Shown: positions 27,320-43,540, counted from the stretch's first letter. The stretch: 64,000 nt of DNA from Eledone cirrhosa (GCA_964016885.1 OZ024750.1:7440001-7504000); one strand, 5' to 3'. Numbers and translations are program-made. Notes: a model not told the origin generated them from the letters alone.

Positions 27320-27480
27320 AAGAAAGTCAGTTTCGACAGCTAGTTCAGAAATAGCTGTCGAAACGGCCGGAGCTCAGCCGTCGGGGCCCTGGATCTCTTC
27401 CTATTACCCACTCTACTACCCATAGTATCGAGTACTCTGGTGCGTTATGGTCCACCTGGTTCCTTACCACACTTCCTTCG

Positions 27481-27524
<44 letters not shown>

Positions 27525-29541
27525 TTGGATAATAATATTTTTATATTTAGTGGTTAATAATTGTTGTTATATTGTTTCTTGGGAAATTTTTAGAGTTATA
27601 AAATTATTTGTAGAATTAGATGTTTTATTTGATTGAGTAAGATGTAGATTTAGAAGATGTGTGTGATGATCATCCGTTGGTTGCGACGCTGAGTGATACA
27701 GTTCTTTGAACAGCGGAACAGGAAACAGGCTACTTGTCAGGGAACAGACTACCGTACAAGTGGCTTAACATTTCATAGATATGTATACACACTTCAATTT
27801 AATTCCCCGGGAAATCTAAACATCACAAAATCTAGTTCTTTGAATCACAGATACAACTCATTTTTTTCAAACTGAGCGAACTGGAAAAACGAAGAACATT
27901 TTTTTGCTTACTCAAGGATACAACGCGCCACCGTGAATCGAACTCAAGACTTTACGATCGTGAGTCGAAAACTCTAATCACTGAGCTACTCTACATTAGT
28001 TGTCAGCAGTAAGAAATTAATATGAAATCAATTAATGAGTTATGATGTATGACATTTTAAGATTGGTTTTTATCAAAGCTAGGTCTTCGTCATTTCGTCA
28101 TTGACTTGTTTCAAGAGATTAGCATCGATGAAATACAATCGGTGGTTCCTCTTGGGAATGAAAGAATATTCTGGTTATATCCAACCGTAACTGAGGTTAG
28201 ATGACAAAGTAATTAATTGAATGCAACTGAAGCTTTCAATACAGAGAAACAGAACAAAAAATATCGATGTTATTTTTTTCCTCTGCAGGCGATGTCATGT
28301 GACTAAAATAGGAAAGATCAGGGGTCGCGTTTGCCTTAAGAAAATGAAGGGGACAAACCAACATTTGTTGATTCTTAAAGGAGCATAAATTGCTTATGGT
28401 GCCTTTCTGGGACCCTATCACATAAGTAAAATTTTACGTTAATTAAATTTTATATATTCAAATGATATAAAAAAAACAAGCTTAAAAAGAATTTATTATA
28501 TCAAATAAACAAAAAATAAAACAGAGGCTTGAAAAAATGGGGGACTTGTTCCCTGGTAACCCCCTGAAACAAGGTCCTTGGGAAAGATGGAAACATTTTG
28601 CAATGTCGTCGAATGGATTGTATCTGTAATCCAAAGGTCTAAATTTGTCATACTGTGCCATGCAGCATGTCCCTGATAATTACGTTAAGAAGGATACACG
28701 TGTCTGTGGAATCCTGATCCATTTTGCACGTTAGAATCTCTGTTGTTCAGTGGTTCGACTGAGTATAGAAAGCTGTGTCTTGACTTTAGAGTCTTTGCCG
28801 TTGGTTCACACATACATACATACGTACACACATATATTCATACATATATGATGACTGCCCCCTCGTTATCGAGTATGGCCATTGCACGATATAACATTAT
28901 TAATAATTATCAATTAATGCCATCGTGAAGAATTTTTTATAAAGTAAGGAAAGACTGTGCACTGAGCCAATCCCACTCTATGAACGACAGTAGCTATAAC
29001 CTGAAAAGAAGAAAAGATCAACATCATCGGTAACTTCTGAGCCGCAGGTTTTATGTCGGAATTATCCCAGTTTCCTGAGTTGCCTTCTCCTAGAAGAATA
29101 CCCTGACAAAGGCTAGGGGTCCTTCACTCAGATATATACATACATACATGCATGCATACATACGTATATACATACACACATACATACACACACACATACA
29201 TACACACATACATACACACACATACTTACATACACACATACATACACCCCCCTCCTCACAAAAGCATTTTATAATATTCTCTTTTTATTTTCGAAAAAAA
29301 GTCATATGTCTCGGAGAACTATATTGGTAAAACCCAATAATTTATGCTTATATTAATGTCAAACTTATCAAGCGATTCATTAAGTATTCATTGCTTTTCC
29401 AATAAAATAATATCAATATAAATTTTCTAGAAGTTATATTAAAGTATATCAAATTTATATCACCTTTGATTTACTGGCATTTATTGATATATTAAATTAC
29501 TACTTGTCATAACAAGTATCTATTATATAGAGAGGTCTGCA

Positions 29542-29543
<2 letters not shown>

Positions 29544-29601
<58 letters not shown>

Positions 29602-29935
29602 TTATTATTATTATTCTCTCTCTCGAGAGAGGGTCGTTGGGGAGGCAGAGTCCACAAACACTCCTTCCAGCGGGACCTGTCAGAAGCAATCGTCTCCAAC
29701 TGATCCGACTGGGTCCTCCAAGCAAGGACAGCTGAACTCATGAATGTTATCCAGCCATCTTGCTCGGGGGGTCTTCCCCTGGGTTTCCTGCCTGTTGGCA
29801 TTTGCCCGTAAAATCTATCCAGCGGTTATTTCCTGAGACATTCTAACCACATGCCCCCTATAGTATCGGAGCTGTGATCTCTCAATTCGGAGAAGTAGTG
29901 GTTCTACCTGGAGTGACTCTCTGATCTCCATTTTG
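29544..29935 (-). mobile_element. Decayed RTE-like LINE 3' fragment with (AAT)n(AAG)n tail
   Basis: Frameshifted LLLRIERSQLRY..GHVVRM, PTGRKPRGRP and DRSRWKECL segments. Confidence 0.7.
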
Positions 29936-30154
29936 GGTTGACATGAATACCGAATCGAAGACAGCGAGTTTGGCTTTTACGCCTACCTCCCTTCTTCTGA
30001 TTACCAAATGCTAAAATATTTAATTCAACAACTAATATTTGGTATAAATTTAGCTCCTTTTCCCCCCTCTTTCTTTTACCCTGTTTTAACCCTTAGACCC
30101 TCCCTCCCTATACACCCTTACTCTTTTTACTTTAAACTCTCACCATCTCTCATA

Positions 30155-30430
30155 TTGGTAGAGGGTCGGACACCATGCTTTGACGTATTGAGTTACGGCC
30201 CATGCCATTCTGAGTTCAAATCCCGCCGAGGTTAACTTTGCCTTTCATCCTTACGGGGTCGATAAAATAAAGTACCAGTAATACACTGGGTAATTTGCTG
30301 GCCTTGTGCCAAAAGTAGAAACAATTATGTATAAATTTAGCTCCTTTTTCCCCCTCAATAATGGTTTCTGATTTAGGCACAAGGCCAACCATTTAGGGAG
30401 TGGAAAGTTAATTAAATCGACCCCATTGTG
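30155..30430 (+). mobile_element. SINE S1 copy plus inverted 3' fragment
   Basis: Similarity to other S1 copies. Confidence 0.8.
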
Positions 30431-31853
30431 CACATGTGTATGTGTATGGCATAAGACTGCCAGAACTGATGAACCAGAACTGATGAACCAGAAATAAACG
30501 ACTAAACTCACCCCATATTTCATTAATGCTTAAACATTCAATGACTTATAATATCGATCTTATTCAATAAACTAATTCAATAAATAGGAAAGACATAATA
30601 ATAATAACATCAAGAATAAGAATAAAAATAATAACTTATAAATACGCATACATATATATGTGAGTCTGTGTGTATGTGTGGGCGAACTCGTGTGTGTGAG
30701 CTCATGTGTGTGTATTAGTGAGCTCGTGTGTGAGCTCGTGTGTGTGTGTGTGAAACTGTCTTTCCGTGTGTGTGTGTGAGCTCGTGTGTGTGAGTGTGAG
30801 CTCGTCTGTGTGTGTGTGTGTGTGAGACTCTCTCTCTCTCTCCGTGTGTGTGTGTGAGCTCGTCTGTGTGTGAGTAAGTCTGTCTTTCCGCATGTGTATG
30901 TGAGCTAGTATGTGTGTATGTGTGTGAGTCTCTCTCTCCGCATGGATGTGAGCTCGTCTGTGTATAGAAATTGGAAGAAAAATATGAACAAAACAATTGG
31001 AACAAAACAATTGACTGATGTATAATAAAAACTGAAGTAGCAGTTTGATTACGACTTGTATTGGAATTCATTACAGAAAATATAATATAAAATGTCCCTA
31101 AATAATTTGATTTACCAAATTCCATTCTAGTTTTATCCCAGACTCTTTCTCACCTTAAGTGCTACTAAAACCAAACTGTTAAAGAATGGCAGAAATTGAA
31201 ACTTTTTAAACATGTTTTTTTCTTCTCGTTTTTAAGTTTTTCTAGAATTAATGACGGATAAAAAGATATTAAAAAGATATAAAAATGTAAAAATAATATT
31301 TTAAATTCTCTTTTGAAAAGATTTTTTGATTGAAAATTTTTAGGGAAATTTTCGTTGCTTTCGTTAAATGCGGATGGTTTTATAGATTGGGGGTGGGGTC
31401 GGATGGTATGTTTAGGTGAAAATCTGACTTATTGAACTATTGAAGTAAACCAATTCAATCAATCCTTCTTTCTTTCTTTCTATCTTTCTTTCATTCTTTC
31501 TTTCCTTCTTTCTTTCTTTCTTTCTTTCCTTCGCCATCCACCCCCAGTAATGAGAGACATATCGTGAGAATATAAATCTCATGGAAATTCCCCCAACGCA
31601 GTTTTCGTTTTAATCACCGGTGGAGATCTCCCCCACAACTCAAGACACGCCCAGTGGGGGAGGGTCTTATTATAATCTCATAATATATATATATATTATA
31701 TATATATTTATATATATATATGTAAATATGATAATAATGGAGCTGCGGCGCTGCAAATGGGTTACATATGAAAAAGTTTGTCCTCATCAGTGGCCTTCCA
31801 ACCGTCGTAGGCATTTCTACGACGGTTGGAAGGCCACTGATGAGGACAAACTT

Positions 31854-31900
<47 letters not shown>

Positions 31901-32480
31901 CACACTTCTGCGCTTCTTTGATATTTTAATGGGTTTCTTTTTTATTTTTATTGGTTACCATTTTATTAATTTAATATTTTATTTATGTATATGTAAACAC
32001 ACACACACACACACGCACACGCACACGCACACGCACACACACACACGCACACGCACACGCACACGCACACACACACACACGAACACACACAGATATATAT
32101 ATATTTCTATATATTTTCTATCTATTCTGACAAGAAAAAAATATATTGTGGTCAAGAAATATGTTTGGAAACAGTGACTAGTGTGTACTGAGTATCTCTC
32201 TGTCAGAGTGTCTGTCTGACTGTTTGACTGTTTGACTGTCTGTTTGATTGACTGTCTGTTTGTTTGACTGTCTGTCTGTCTGTCTGTCAGAGTGGTTGAT
32301 AGCTTGTCTGACGAAGTAGAGACCGAGACCACATTTAACATATTACCAAAAGCATTTAAACGGAAATATTCTTATCCAAAAACATTCATATATTATGAAC
32401 TAGCTACGTTTGCTGACATACACACACTCACACCCACACTCACACCCACACACCCACCCACACACGCACATATATGTATA

Positions 32481-32565
<85 letters not shown>

Positions 32566-32577
32566 ATATAAATATAT

Positions 32578-32629
<52 letters not shown>

Positions 32630-32777
32630 TAATAAATGAACAGAGAACAAAAAAAAAGAGAGGCAGGGGGGGGGAGGGTAACCACAGTAAGTAAGTTACT
32701 CAATACAAAGCAGAGTATAAATGTTTTCATTCAGGAAATGATTTCTCCCGAATGAAATAGTTCTAGTCCTGTAGAAG

Positions 32778-32845
<68 letters not shown>

Positions 32846-33171
32846 TTATATATATATGTGTGTGTGTGTGTGGCTGCTATCTTTCTGAGAGAACACCTAA
32901 AAGATACCAGTTGTATACGCGGTCCTTAAATAACTTGACAGAAGCAAACCAAAACGGATAACAACACTAGAAAAACAACCACCAACAATCACCATTGCGT
33001 TGCCCAACAGATAATCTAAATAGCATGATGAGGTCTAAGATGTAGAATACGTTTATAGCACACTAACAACATCTGATGAAAATATTGACAGAAATATTTG
33101 TAGAATCTATTGACTAAAAACCCTTGTGGGGGAAATTAATAAATTAGTGACTTAAAGATCATCTGAGAAAA

Positions 33172-33392
33172 TATTGTTTCTTATATAGGCACAAGGCCAG
33201 CAATTTTTTCTGGGGAGGGGAAAGTCGATTAAATCGACCCCAGTGCGTGACTGGTACTTTATTTTATCGACCCCGTAAGGATGAAAGGCAAAGTTAACCT
33301 CGGCAGGATTTGAACTCAGATCATAAGGGGACGTAACTCTATGCGCCAAAGCATGGCGTCCGGCCCTCTACCGATACTGCCAATCCACCGCC
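33172..33392 (-). mobile_element. SINE S1 full-length copy with TSD
   Basis: Complete head to tail, flanked by the direct repeat atcatctgagaaaata. Confidence 0.88.
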
Positions 33393-33900
33393 CTATCATC
33401 TGAGAAAATACGAGAGAAGAATTGTCTTATACAGATTCGGTAACCTTTCAATCCGTAAACAGAGATGGAGACGAGGTTGTTTCTTAAAGCTGTGATCTTT
33501 AATGTGTATTATAAACTCTATCGAACTGGTACTTCTTCATAGGTCAATATTTTCTGATACCTCCATGTGATGTTATTTTATCATGCTACATGTAATTGTA
33601 AGTCATTTACACTGAATATCTATCATATGGATAACGTTTGCATAATTACCCAAACACAGACTATATATTAACAGAGATTTATTAATATATATATATATAT
33701 ATAGGAAAAAGTATGACCCCGACGGCAGAGCTCAAGCCGTTTCGACGGCTATTTCTGGAGTCCAGAAATATCCGTCGAAACGGCTTGAGCTCTGCCGTCG
33801 GGGTCATACTTTTTCTTTTCCTATTACCCACTCTACTACCCTAAGTATTGAGTACTCTGGTGCGTTATGGTCCATCTGGTTCCTTACCACAACTCCTTCG

Positions 33901-33982
<82 letters not shown>

Positions 33983-34099
33983 GTTACCCCTTCCAGTATT
34001 CCGATGATTTGATCAGAGACACACACTGTATTTAAGGTCGAGTGACGCAACTTCGAATGATCAGTGGCCTTTGGACCATGGTATTCTTCACTCATTCAC

Positions 34100-34162
<63 letters not shown>

Positions 34163-34842
34163 TATATACATATATGTGTTCAAATCATAAGGGACCAAAT
34201 TCGCTAGGGTGAATAAGAAAGTTTTTTTCCTTGAGCTATTTTAATTGTAAGGGACTATTCTGAGTTTCTAACTCAATATATACTACATATATATATATAC
34301 TATACAGAATGACCAGTTCTATCCAGTGGTGAACCAACAAACCTAAATAAATAAATATATATATATATATATATATACAGTTTATATATAAACTGGTTTT
34401 CACTTGTTTATAGTGGGGCCATTATTGTTAGAACTAAATACGGCCTTGAAGAGATGGTTTCAGCAAGATTTGGCGGCGAGTGTTATAGTTTTTGTAGTAT
34501 GCATCTCATCATATCATTGGTAAAATACAATAGAAGAGGACCATTTAATTATGGTTTTATTCAACATATATATATTCCAGAGTCTGGTTCAATGATTAAT
34601 AGATCGTTCCTCGAGCTGATCGACAGTGAAACATATATAATATGTAATAAATATGTATATATATATTTTGGCTTGGGTGGTTAATGCTTTCTTGACCACC
34701 TTTTCAGTTTTGCATGGCTTCTTAACACTTTGTTTAGCTCTGGTTTTTAACTATTGAGCACTTTGCCAGTATCATTTCTGATTTTTGCGTTTCGCTTCGC
34801 TTTTCCTGCCCGCCGAAATGCGATTCTCGCTGAATCTTTATT

Positions 34843-34899
<57 letters not shown>

Positions 34900-34913
34900 C
34901 TGTGTGTGTGTGT

Positions 34914-34952
<39 letters not shown>

Positions 34953-35094
34953 AAGAGGTGTTTGTGTGGCATTTTTATTGCAGGAGTACGAGAGATAAAT
35001 TTTAAATGACCACTCAGAACAAATTACTGGAGAATATATGTCTTAACCTCACCTGGCGAGAACCTGTGTTTTCTCTTTGTAAGGAGTGAATGAT

Positions 35095-35171
<77 letters not shown>

Positions 35172-35227
35172 TGAGTATATATATTTATATGTCCGCAACC
35201 ATGTCAACAAATCGATTTAAATTTCTC

Positions 35228-35286
<59 letters not shown>

Positions 35287-35318
35287 AGTGTGCGTGTGTG
35301 TGTGTGTGTGTGTGTACG

Positions 35319-35354
<36 letters not shown>

Positions 35355-35456
35355 GGAGGGGGGAAACAAAAGAAAAGGAAAGGAATTTGTTACCAAAACA
35401 GGAAGGCAGATAATGGACCCTTGGGCAACATTACTTAGTAGTTCTTACTGCCGTCG

Positions 35457-35980
35457 TTATTATTATCATCATCATCAACACCACCACCACCACCACCACC
35501 ACCACCACCACCACCACCACCACCACCACCATCACCACCACCACCACCACCACCATCACCATCACCGCCATCAACACCACCACCACCACCATCAACACCA
35601 CCACCATCACCACCACCACCATCACCATCACCGCCATCAACACCACCACCACCACCAGCACCACCACCACCATCACCATCACCACCACCACCAGCACCAC
35701 CACCATCAACATCACCATCACCATCACCACCACCACCACCACTATCACCACCATCACCATCACCAACACCACCACCACCACCACCACCACCACCACCACC
35801 ATCACCATCACCACCACCACCAGCACCACCACCATCAACATCACCATCACCATCACCACCACCACCACTACTATCACCACCACCCCTATCACCACCACCA
35901 CCACCACCAACACCACCATCACCACCACCACCACCACCACCACCACCACCACCACCACCACCACCACCACCACCATCATC
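35457..35980. repeat. (CAC/CAT)n compound microsatellite
   Basis: Direct inspection; source of the poly-His, poly-Gly and poly-Val pseudo-ORFs. Confidence 0.95.
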
Positions 35981-36712
35981 AAGACAAACAACATAAACTA
36001 TATACAACTCTATTGTTCTATTTTGAAGACCATCCATTCTACCCTTACTTTCCAATACGTTGTCCCTTTAGATTGTTAATTAGATGCTAACCGGAAGTAG
36101 TGTTTTACCCCCCCCCCCCCCCTCCCACTACTTCCTTTCTCCAATATCCTCTCTCTATCAACCATACAACTATATCTTATTTACGTGTGTTTCTTTCTTA
36201 TATTTTATTTTTTATTGTATATTATTTTGTAGATGTTTTTATTATGTTGTTATTTGTAATGGACACGTCTTTGATCTGCTATCATCAATGCTGTGTCTTT
36301 CTCTATATGTATGTGTGTATGTGTGTATGTGTGTATGTATGTATGTATGTGTGTATGTGTGTATGTATGTATGTGTATGTGTGTATGTATGTATGTATGT
36401 GTGTATGTATGTATGTATGTATGTATGTATGTATGTATGTGTGTATGTGTGTATGTGTGTATGTGTGTATGCATGTGTGTATGTGTGTATGTGTGTATGT
36501 ATGTGTGTATGCATGTATGTATGTATGTATGTATGTATGTATGTATGTATGTATGTATGTATGTATGTATATGTATGTATGTGTATGTATGTGTATGTAT
36601 CTGTATGTATGTATGTATCTATCTATCTAGCTCTATCCCTCCCACGTCTCTCTCTCTCTCTCTATATATATATATACATATATACATATATGTATAAAGA
36701 TGTATGTGCATG

Positions 36713-36758
<46 letters not shown>

Positions 36759-36793
36759 TATATACGTACATTTTATATACATACATATGCATC

Positions 36794-36827
<34 letters not shown>

Positions 36828-37430
36828 AATATAAATATATATGTATATGTGTGTGTATGTATGTATGTGTGTGTATATATTCACCCACACACATACTGTA
36901 TGTATATACATATAATCCTATATATATGTATATATATATTCATATATCATCATTGATGTTATATTTGGCTCTAGTTTATAGTATGTAACCATCATAACCT
37001 TACACCTTCTCTCTCGGCCTCCACCTTCTCCCCAATCTCCCCCTCTCTCTCTACCCCTTCCTCTCCGTTCCTTGACCTTTACTCTCTCTCTCTATATATC
37101 TATGTATATCATCTACAGCTATAAAAATGTCCCGTGTCAGACACAGCCTATTGTAATGTAGGATCTTCTCTTCTCTACTGTGCTTTGTATTGTGTTTTGG
37201 TGTGGCTTAGTGGTTAGAGAGTTGGACTCGCAATGCTGAGATTGCGAGTTCGATCTCTGACCCTTGGGCAAGACTCCTTATTTTAAGTTGCATCCAGTAC
37301 ATAGTATCAGCAATGGAAAGACCAATGAAAACATTGTCTCCTTGGTCCGATATGACGAGATCCACTCCACTTGGTAAGCAAGTGAAGTCTGGAATCTTGT
37401 CAAGCTATTCCTCTTTAACGACCCCCCCCC

Positions 37431-37490
<60 letters not shown>

Positions 37491-37575
37491 TTGTTATTGT
37501 AATGAAATCAGCCGTCGGGCAGTAACTCATCAGAATGTATATATATATATACATACATACATATATATACATATA

Positions 37576-37613
<38 letters not shown>

Positions 37614-37903
37614 TATATATATGAGTGTTTATGCATATATATATATATATATATATACATCAAAATTGGCAACAGGTCAAGGATTCCACAGTTAGTGGCC
37701 GTCGAAATGGGCGCACACACACACACACATACACATATATATATATATATACACATACATACATACATACATTCTAACACACATATACCCGCGCGCACAC
37801 ACCTATATACACACACACACGTGTGGTAAGATATTTTGACATTTGGACCTGTATTTGACATTTCAGTGCTTCAATAGAGATAGTAGTAGTAGTAGCGGTA
37901 GTG

Positions 37904-37939
<36 letters not shown>

Positions 37940-38888
37940 GAATTTATTGTTGTTTTATAGCCCCAAATCATCTCTAATTCAACAAACCTCTGATAAAAAA
38001 AGTGTCATTCATGTCTATCCTATCTGTTAGTCAGGCACCGTGTATCTAGGATCACACTACCCAATGTGTGGGAAGAAGAGAATGCTATTGGAGGCTTATC
38101 CGGCTGCTATTTCTAACAGATCGATTGAACATGTAACGTTCTATTTCACTCATCGATATAATCTAGATGTGATGATCTGAGATTTACAAAGATTCTGATG
38201 TCTAGCTCAAGTGGTATTTTATCACTGACCTATTGAGCGATAACAATATCTGTCAATTAAATCAACCCCAGCCTGGGCCGGATTTTATGGGGTGGTGGTG
38301 GCGGTGGTGGTGGTGGCTAATTGCCCCGGGTCCCCTGCAGTAGAGACCCCACCAACGACGGCCTTAGTAATTTATTTGTGTCCTTAGCTAGGCTTACTTA
38401 GTTTTAGGATGGTTAGAATTTTTGAACTTAATACCTGTATGTATAACTTTTCATTTCCAATTACTTGAGCCAAGCTGACTTTGATATTTAAAATTAGGGG
38501 GTTTGGTGTATATTTTAATTATTTGTGTATGAGTGTACCCCGAGCCCCCAAGGTCTAAATCTAGTCCTGATTTCAGCAGTTAGCTGGTACTTTATCAACC
38601 ACGACAAAAAAAAAAAAAAATGAGAATGATGAAGGACATTGAGATATGATTAAGATTTGAATCCAGAATGTAAAGATCAAGACGAAATGACACACGGATC
38701 AGTGTTACATTGTAATGTCTCTGTCAATTCACTGACAATTACGACAGACACGGACTTAATGAAATATAAATCCGGAGATAATCGGGAGATTGAAGTGATT
38801 CTAATATCAAGGGAAATCCCGCCCATTATCCCCACATAAAGACAGACAAATAAATATATAGATATACATTACATATACATGTCACTAG

Positions 38889-38920
<32 letters not shown>

Positions 38921-39014
38921 GCGTACATATATATATATATCCATATGCATATGTGTGTATAAGTTTGAAGATATATATGCATATATGTAGGTCTATATAT
39001 ATGTATGTATATAT

Positions 39015-39059
<45 letters not shown>

Positions 39060-39226
39060 CAGGTACATTAATACAATTGCTTATGTATAAATGTGATATG
39101 TATTTATATTTAGATATACATGCTAGACACGGGTGACGTGTGCGTGTTATGTGGGTATTTAAATAAGTATGTATTCTATTACAGTATATTTCGAAGCTGA
39201 TTACACTATATATATATAGTAATCAG

Positions 39227-39267
<41 letters not shown>

Positions 39268-39610
39268 CCTTATCGAGCCCTCTTCGGATTTTAGTCTTCA
39301 CATTTATTATTACTATATATATATATATATATGTGTGTGTAATTATATATATATGTATGTATAACCAAAGATTAGTATGGTTCGTTGATTACTCAATGAA
39401 TACCATTTTACAATAGACTAGAAGCACTCAACAGTTAAGTTTTCCTGGAGTTTTTAATATTATTCAAAATATTAACAAATGAAAATATGATTTGATATAT
39501 GACATTCCGCTACGGTGTTGATTATTCAATTCCAGTATTGGAATTTCAGAAGTGCCAATACTGGAATTGAATAATCAAGACCGTAGCGGTATGTCATATA
39601 TCAAATCATA

Positions 39611-39676
39611 TATTTTGTCTGATGAGGACGTACTGAAAAAACAACACAGTACCTTTGAAATATATATAATAAAGTA
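39611..39676 (+). ncRNA. Type I hammerhead motif, family H-A variant
   Basis: TATTTTGT-CTGATGA-GGAcGTACTG..CAGTACcTTT-GAA-ATATATAT-A-ATAAAGTA; lies in one arm of a fold-back element (about 39455-39727). Confidence 0.6.
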
Positions 39677-39723
39677 TATATTTTGATTATGAGAATACTT
39701 TTCATTTGTTAATATTTTGAATA

Positions 39724-39813
<90 letters not shown>

Positions 39814-40863
39814 CGAAGGAAATGTGGTAAGGAACCAGGTGGACCATTTTAGTCCAGAATTAGCCGTCGAAACGGCTTGAGCTCAGCCGTCGGGGTCCTA
39901 CTCGTTCCTATATATATATATATATATACATATGTATGTAATTATGTATGTATGTATGTATGTATGTATGTATGTATGTATGTATGTATGTATGTATGTA
40001 TGTATGTATGTATATAAGCATGTATGTATATACATATGTGTAGATTAAGATGTATATATAGTTTCTATATCAATAACGACTTTGATCTTAAGCCCGTCTA
40101 TTCACCTTGATCGATATCATAGATTCTTAAAATAGGTTTCCCTTCATTGGAACCGTTATATAGAGAGGGTGGTGACGTGTGTGTATCTGGATGTATGTGT
40201 GTGTATCTGGATGTGTGTGTGTGTGTGTGTGTCTGTACGTGTATGTATATATATATGTGTGTGTCAGTGTGCGTGGTTGTGTATATGTGTAATTGTGTAA
40301 TTTTGTATGTGTTTGTGTGTTAGTGTGAGTGGATGGGTGTGTGTGTAGTTGTATTTGTGTATGTATGTGTGTGTGTGTGTGTGTGTCTCAGCGTGAGTGG
40401 GTGCGTACGTGTGTAGTTGTGCATATGTATATCTGTATATGTACGTGTGTGTGTCTGTGTGTGTGTCTGTATGTGTGTGTGTCGCAATGTCCTCGTGTCT
40501 GTGTGTTCGTGGGAATGCGTGTGTACTTGTGTGGTTGTGCATGTGTATATATCTCTATATGTAGTTGTGTGTGTATATGTGTCTGTGCATGTCTGTAAGT
40601 CTCTGCCGATATGTGTGTGTGTGTGTGCGTGTGTGTGTGTATGCATATGTGTATATCTCTACCTGTGTATGTGTTGTATTTATATCTATACAGATCATGT
40701 AATATTATATATCTATTGGCAGTATCGGTAGAGGATCGGACGCCATGCTTTGACGCATAGAGTTACGGCCCTTTCCATTCTGAGTTCAAATCCCGCCAAG
40801 GTCAACTTTGCCTTTCATCCTTACGGGGTCGATAAAATAAAGTACCAGAAATGTACTGTCTTG

Positions 40864-40929
40864 TATTTTATCTGATGAAAGCGCACTATAATTTGCCTTG
40901 GTGGCCCTTGAAATATGTATAATAAAATA
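40864..40929 (+). ncRNA. Type I hammerhead motif, family H-A
   Basis: TATTTTAT-CTGATGA-stem II-GAA-ATA-tg-TAT-A-ATAAAATA; near-identical to the 23831 copy. Confidence 0.65.
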
Positions 40930-40969
40930 ATTATGGTTTTATAAATATAGTTTCCATTTATTAATATAT

Positions 40970-41009
<40 letters not shown>

Positions 41010-41232
41010 CGTACATATATATATACACATACGTACATATATATATATACGTACATATATATATATATACATATACGTACATATATATATATATATGTAC
41101 GTATGTGTATGTCTTTATCTATGTATGTGTTCTATATCTACACAGATCCTATAATATTACGATGTTTCCATTTGCAGGAATATTTCTGTTGTTATTTATA
41201 AAATGTCAAAGTCTAAAGTTTGAAGCTGCATA

Positions 41233-41287
<55 letters not shown>

Positions 41288-41292
41288 ATATA

Positions 41293-41336
<44 letters not shown>

Positions 41337-41343
41337 TATATAT

Positions 41344-41385
<42 letters not shown>

Positions 41386-41392
41386 ATATATA

Positions 41393-41423
<31 letters not shown>

Positions 41424-41544
41424 GTGTGTATATATATATACATATGTGTGTATATATATACATATGTGTGTGTGTGTATATATATACATGTGTGTGTATA
41501 TATATATATGTGTGTGTGTGTATATATATACATATGTGTATATG

Positions 41545-41577
<33 letters not shown>

Positions 41578-41668
41578 CTACATACATACATATATACAGT
41601 ATATATATATACATACATACATACATATATATATATATAAATATAAATAAACGTATATATAAATATGG

Positions 41669-41712
<44 letters not shown>

Positions 41713-42197
41713 TTTAATAAGTAAGTATATGTGTACATACACACACACATATATGCATATTTATATAAATATATATGTGTGTGTCTGTGTGTATATGTGA
41801 GTGTGTTAAATACATATACTCACACACACACATACAAATATATATATTTATATATACAGACATACTTCAGCAGGAGTCATGTAAGCAATATTTCTATTTG
41901 CAAACTTGAATTTCAAAACAAAACCAGTAAATAAAAAAATAAATAAATATAAAAATACAAAAAAAAAAAAAATAACTGCTTTGACACTAAGGAATTATTG
42001 GTTCGGTTGTGTGGAATATTAATGGTTGAGTAATAATAATTGTTTCTACTTTTGGCACAAGGCCAGCAATTCCCAGTGTATTACTGGTACTTTATTTTAT
42101 CGACCCCGTAAGGATGAAAGGCAAAGTTAACCTCGGCGGGATTTGAACTCAGAATGGTTGAGTAATAATAATGGTAATATATATATATATATATATG

Positions 42198-42400
42198 TAG
42201 GAACGAGTAGGACCCCGACGGCTGAGCTCAAGCCGTTTCGACGGCTAATTCTGGACTAAATTTAGTCCAGAATTAGCCGTCGAAACGGCTTGAGCTCAGC
42301 CGTCGGGGTCCTACTCGTTCCTATTACCCACTCTACTACCCTAAGTATTGAGTACTTTGGTGCGTTATGGTCCACCTGGTTCCTTACCACATTTCCTTCG

Positions 42401-42402
<2 letters not shown>
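42198..42402. mobile_element. (TA)n-embedded fold-back element, family F1 (perfect 126-bp palindrome plus 80-bp tail)
   Basis: Arms 42198-42260 and 42261-42323 are exact reverse complements. Other copies at about 1760-1962, 11620-11770, 22480-22660, 24170-24370, 27317-27482, 33703-33902, 39811-39910, 43750-43905, 49154-49205, 55003-55062. Confidence 0.85.
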
Positions 42403-42438
<36 letters not shown>

Positions 42439-42506
42439 GTTATTCCGGGTTGAATCGGAGGTAACCACAGTAAGTAAGGTACTCAATACATAGCAGAGTA
42501 TAACAG

Positions 42507-42689
42507 TTTTAATATAGATGAGATTCTACAGGAGTAGAACTGTTTCATTCATTAGAAATCATCAGGAATCTGGAGATTCCTGATGATTTCTAATGAATGA
42601 AACAGTTCTAGTCCTGTAGAATCTGGAGATTCCTGATGATTTCTAATGAATGAAACAGTTCTAGTCCTGTAGAATCTCATCTATATTAA

Positions 42690-42746
<57 letters not shown>

Positions 42747-42801
42747 ATATTGAAAAGGCTTCTACAGGACTAGAACTGTTTCATTCGGGAGAAATCATCA
42801 G

Positions 42802-42810
<9 letters not shown>
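42507..42810. mobile_element. (TA)n-associated family F4 with CTGATGA...GAAAC hammerhead-like remnants
   Basis: Unit ctgatgatttctNNNgaatgaaacagttctagtcctgtagaa in inverted and tandem copies; also at about 15659-15717, 32730-32782 and 61162-61242. Confidence 0.65.
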
Positions 42811-42867
<57 letters not shown>

Positions 42868-43197
42868 ATAACCAAAATTAAATTAAGGATGTCATGTCTG
42901 ACAAACATGCGCCATACCCTCTGTAGAATATGCTCAAAGATACCAATGAATAGATCCGAAATTTGACTACTGTGATTTACCGATTGATGGTGAAATATAT
43001 TTCTTTATTTAATGAAATATATACAAAGGAGATTAATCATTTTAAAAAGGTATCTATATTTGAAGTTCTCATTAAACTTTAATTAGTTACCTACCTAGCT
43101 ATGTGTGCTTGCACTCTTTACAAATTATCCCCTGTGATTTTTTCATATGTTTATTTTATATATATATATATATATATATGTCAATCGATATTTTAGT

Positions 43198-43238
<41 letters not shown>

Positions 43239-43245
<7 letters not shown>

Positions 43246-43540
43246 GTGAGGTTTTCTTTTACAAAATGAAAAATAACTGAGGTGTCCTACACGAGTGAAA
43301 GTATAAAGAAAAAAAGATGAAATCGAAAATGCAACTGGAGTCTTATTTAAAAAAAGATATATTTATTTATTTGATTCCTTTACCGGTTTCGCAGATGTGA
43401 GAAAAACCACAGACCCTCCATCTCAACTCTACTTTTGAAAAGCAGAAGAACTGCGAAAACGGTAAAGGAACCAAATAAATATATATATTTAAAAAAAATA
43501 AGACTCCAGTTGCATTTTCGATTTCATCTTTTTTTCTTTA
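43239..43540. mobile_element. (TA)n-embedded fold-back element, family F2
   Basis: Arms of about 90 bp around a spacer of about 55 bp; second copy at 60436-60736. Confidence 0.8.

Noticed and set aside
35284-36956. Long His-, Gly-, Val- or YVCM-rich ORFs (also the many YI, HT and CV ORFs elsewhere)
   Set aside because: Stop-free translations of microsatellites, open in several frames and on both strands.
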